A stretch of DNA of 64,000 nt. Origin: Candidatus Eremiobacteria bacterium. Its GTDB lineage: Bacteria > Vulcanimicrobiota > Vulcanimicrobiia > Vulcanimicrobiales > Vulcanimicrobiaceae. The translations under genes were made by a program, and so were the position numbers. How positions within the stretch are numbered: position 1 is the first letter of the stretch; every line of letters starts with the position of its first letter. Under the pieces are notes generated by a model that was not told the origin of the DNA, did no database searches, and saw nothing but the letters and a program-made list of their open reading frames with translations. Location: contig CAVTRC010000001.1 of assembly GCA_963737065.1 (NCBI GenBank), positions 1,504,001-1,568,000 of the forward strand, in the 5' to 3' direction. Shown piece after piece: positions 62,346 through 64,000 of the stretch.

Positions 62346-64000
62346 TTACATCGCTGCTAGGCGACTTCGGTGTTCTTTCGCGACTGCGATATCGACGGGC
62401 AATGTCACCGCGATGTGACTGCCCATGCCCGGCAGCCGTTCGACCTTCACATCACGCGCGAGCATCGAAATCAAAAACAAGCCGCGTCCGGATTCCGCCC
62501 ACACGTTTGCGGGCAGCGACGGCTCATAGTCGAAGCCCGGGCCCTTGTCGATCAGATGCAAAACGAGCACTTCGCCGCGCACCTCTAACGAGATGCTGAG
62601 TGAACCGGGTGCATGGCGCACGACGTTGCCGATCAGTTCGGCAAAAATCAATCCGCACGTCGCAAGATCGTCCTCCGAGGCGTCGCACAGGTTCTCCACG
62701 ATGCGCAAGTACTCGTGACGCAACGTATACACCGCGCGCGCGTCATCGGCTGCGAACTGCCAGGTGCGTTGCGCGCAGTTGAAATTGACCGCGAGAATCG
62801 CAATATCGTCGCGCGGATGCTGGTGCGCGATCGCGCGTTCGATGAACTCCGCCGGATTCGACGCGTGCAAAACCGCCCGCGTCGCGAGCACCCGCGCAAG
62901 CATCTCTTCGCCCGCCAAGATGTCTCGCGAAATCTCGATGACGCCGTCCGTATACAGAACGAGCACGCTGTCTTCCGGGCACATCATCTCGTGCTGTTCG
63001 AACGTTGTATTTGCGAATGCGCCCAGCGGCGGCGACGGCGATTCGAGACGTACGACCGTGCCGTCGGGACAACGAAGCAGCGGCGGCGCGTGCCCGGCCG
63101 ACGCGTAGCGCATCACGCGTGTCTTCGGTTCGATCACGCCGATGAACGAACTTGCGAGCCGATCGCCCTCGGCGATCAACAACTTGTTCGCAATCTGCGC
63201 GATCTGGTCGGGTTCGCGCGCGGTGAGCGCGGCAACGCGAATCGCTTGGCGCATCAGCACCATCAACCGCGCCGCTTCAATTCCTTTGCCGGTCACGTCG
63301 CCGATCGTTACGAGGACTTCGCCGCTTTCGGTTTCGAACGCATCGTACCAATCGCCGCCGATGTCGGCTTCCGTCGAACCAGGCCGATAGTGTGCGCTGA
63401 TCTCGAAGCCTTTGCCGGTCGGGAAGTGGCGCGGCAAGAACGCGCGCTGCAGCGTCTCCGCAACGTACTGTTCGCGGTGGAATTGCTTCGCGTTTGCAAC
63501 CGCGAGACCGGCGCGACGCCCAAGCTCGATCGCGAAGAGCAAGTCGGCTTGATCGAATTCGTCGTTGTTGCCCGTGCGCACGAACGTGAGGGCACCGAAA
63601 ATATGATTTTGCGCGATGACCGGCACGACGATCTTCGAGCGGTAGCCGAAGCGGCGCATGTATTCTTCGTGCTGACGCGACGCCGCGTGCGCGATGATGA
63701 TCTCGTCGTTGACATGCGGCAAGAAAAACGGCTCGCCGGTCTGCGTCACGCGCACGACCGGATGCACGCCGAACTCTTGGACGTAGAGCACGTTCGAAAT
63801 CGCGGAAAGTGCTTCTTCCTTCGACGGATCGCGGTGCGCCGACGCGGTAACGAAGAGCCGCTCGGAACGTTCGTCGATCAAATCGAAGAGGCAAATGTCC
63901 GCAAACGATTCGACCGCGAGCCGTGCAACGTTATTCAACGTCGCCGTAACATCGAGCGACTGGTGGAACATTTCGCCGGCGCGCACGAGCAATTCGAGAC
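62346..64000 (-). CDS. GAF + SpoIIE/PP2C phosphatase + HATPase signalling protein (5' end outside window)
   Basis: LQRAFLP, IGGDWYD, GDVTGKG, YTDG, DD; ELIGNVVRH, D.GPG, SGRGL. Confidence 0.93.
   Translation of the reverse strand, partial: LELLVRAGEMFHQSLDVTATLNNVARLAVESFADICLFDLIDERSERLFVTASAHRDPSKEEALSAISNVLYVQEFGVHPVVRVTQTGEPFFLPHVNDEIIIAHAASRQHEEYMRRFGYRSKIVVPVIAQNHIFGALTFVRTGNNDEFDQADLLFAIELGRRAGLAVANAKQFHREQYVAETLQRAFLPRHFPTGKGFEISAHYRPGSTEADIGGDWYDAFETESGEVLVTIGDVTGKGIEAARLMVLMRQAIRVAALTAREPDQIAQIANKLLIAEGDRLASSFIGVIEPKTRVMRYASAGHAPPLLRCPDGTVVRLESPSPPLGAFANTTFEQHEMMCPEDSVLVLYTDGVIEISRDILAGEEMLARVLATRAVLHASNPAEFIERAIAHQHPRDDIAILAVNFNCAQRTWQFAADDARAVYTLRHEYLRIVENLCDASEDDLATCGLIFAELIGNVVRHAPGSLSISLEVRGEVLVLHLIDKGPGFDYEPSLPANVWAESGRGLFLISMLARDVKVERLPGMGSHIAVTLPVDIAVAKEHRSRLAAM

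Noticed and set aside
1..64000. rRNA, tRNA, integrase, transposase or prophage genes
   Set aside because: None recognisable by eye in the window.

Overview
High-GC bacterial chromosome segment at the replication origin, probably from a diderm Terrabacteria lineage (gene order suggests Eremiobacterota/Armatimonadota-like; inference only). Order: dnaA-oriC-dnaN-recF-DUF721/DciA-gyrB; a decayed higB plus intact higA; an outer-membrane biogenesis cluster (tamB-bamA-three Skp-like genes-lpxD-lpxC-fabZ-lpxA-lpxB-metallophosphoesterase-LpxB-like glycosyltransferase-O-antigen ligase-lptC-lptB-lptF/G-DUF3084-yqgF); a putative porin, TPR protein, glycosyltransferase and dipeptidase; a second tamB plus Skp-like lipoprotein; a large prepilin-like gene and secreted proteins; recQ, dnaX-ybaB-recR; an AT-richer putative defence island (PUA-like/PD-(D/E)xK nuclease, MazG-like, DUF2075 nuclease-helicase); an interrupted MacAB-type locus; two more TA pairs; patatin; and a GAF-PP2C-HATPase gene. 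Many genes, including essential ones, carry single-base frameshifts, most likely sequencing/assembly errors, so split-gene coordinates are my reconstruction. Best leads: (1) a ~24-bp palindromic repeat (TGTCATCCTGAGC..TCGAAGGA), about 10 copies, found in-frame inside proteins and supplying the ribosome-binding sites of lpxB and recR; (2) a 5'-nucleotidase-like enzyme with the LpxH-type GNR motif where no lpxH/I/G is present, next to an LpxB-like glycosyltransferase, suggesting an alternative lipid A route; (3) duplicated TamB plus long Skp-like lipoprotein modules; (4) the three-gene island after recR. All family calls are motif recognition by eye; no searches were run.
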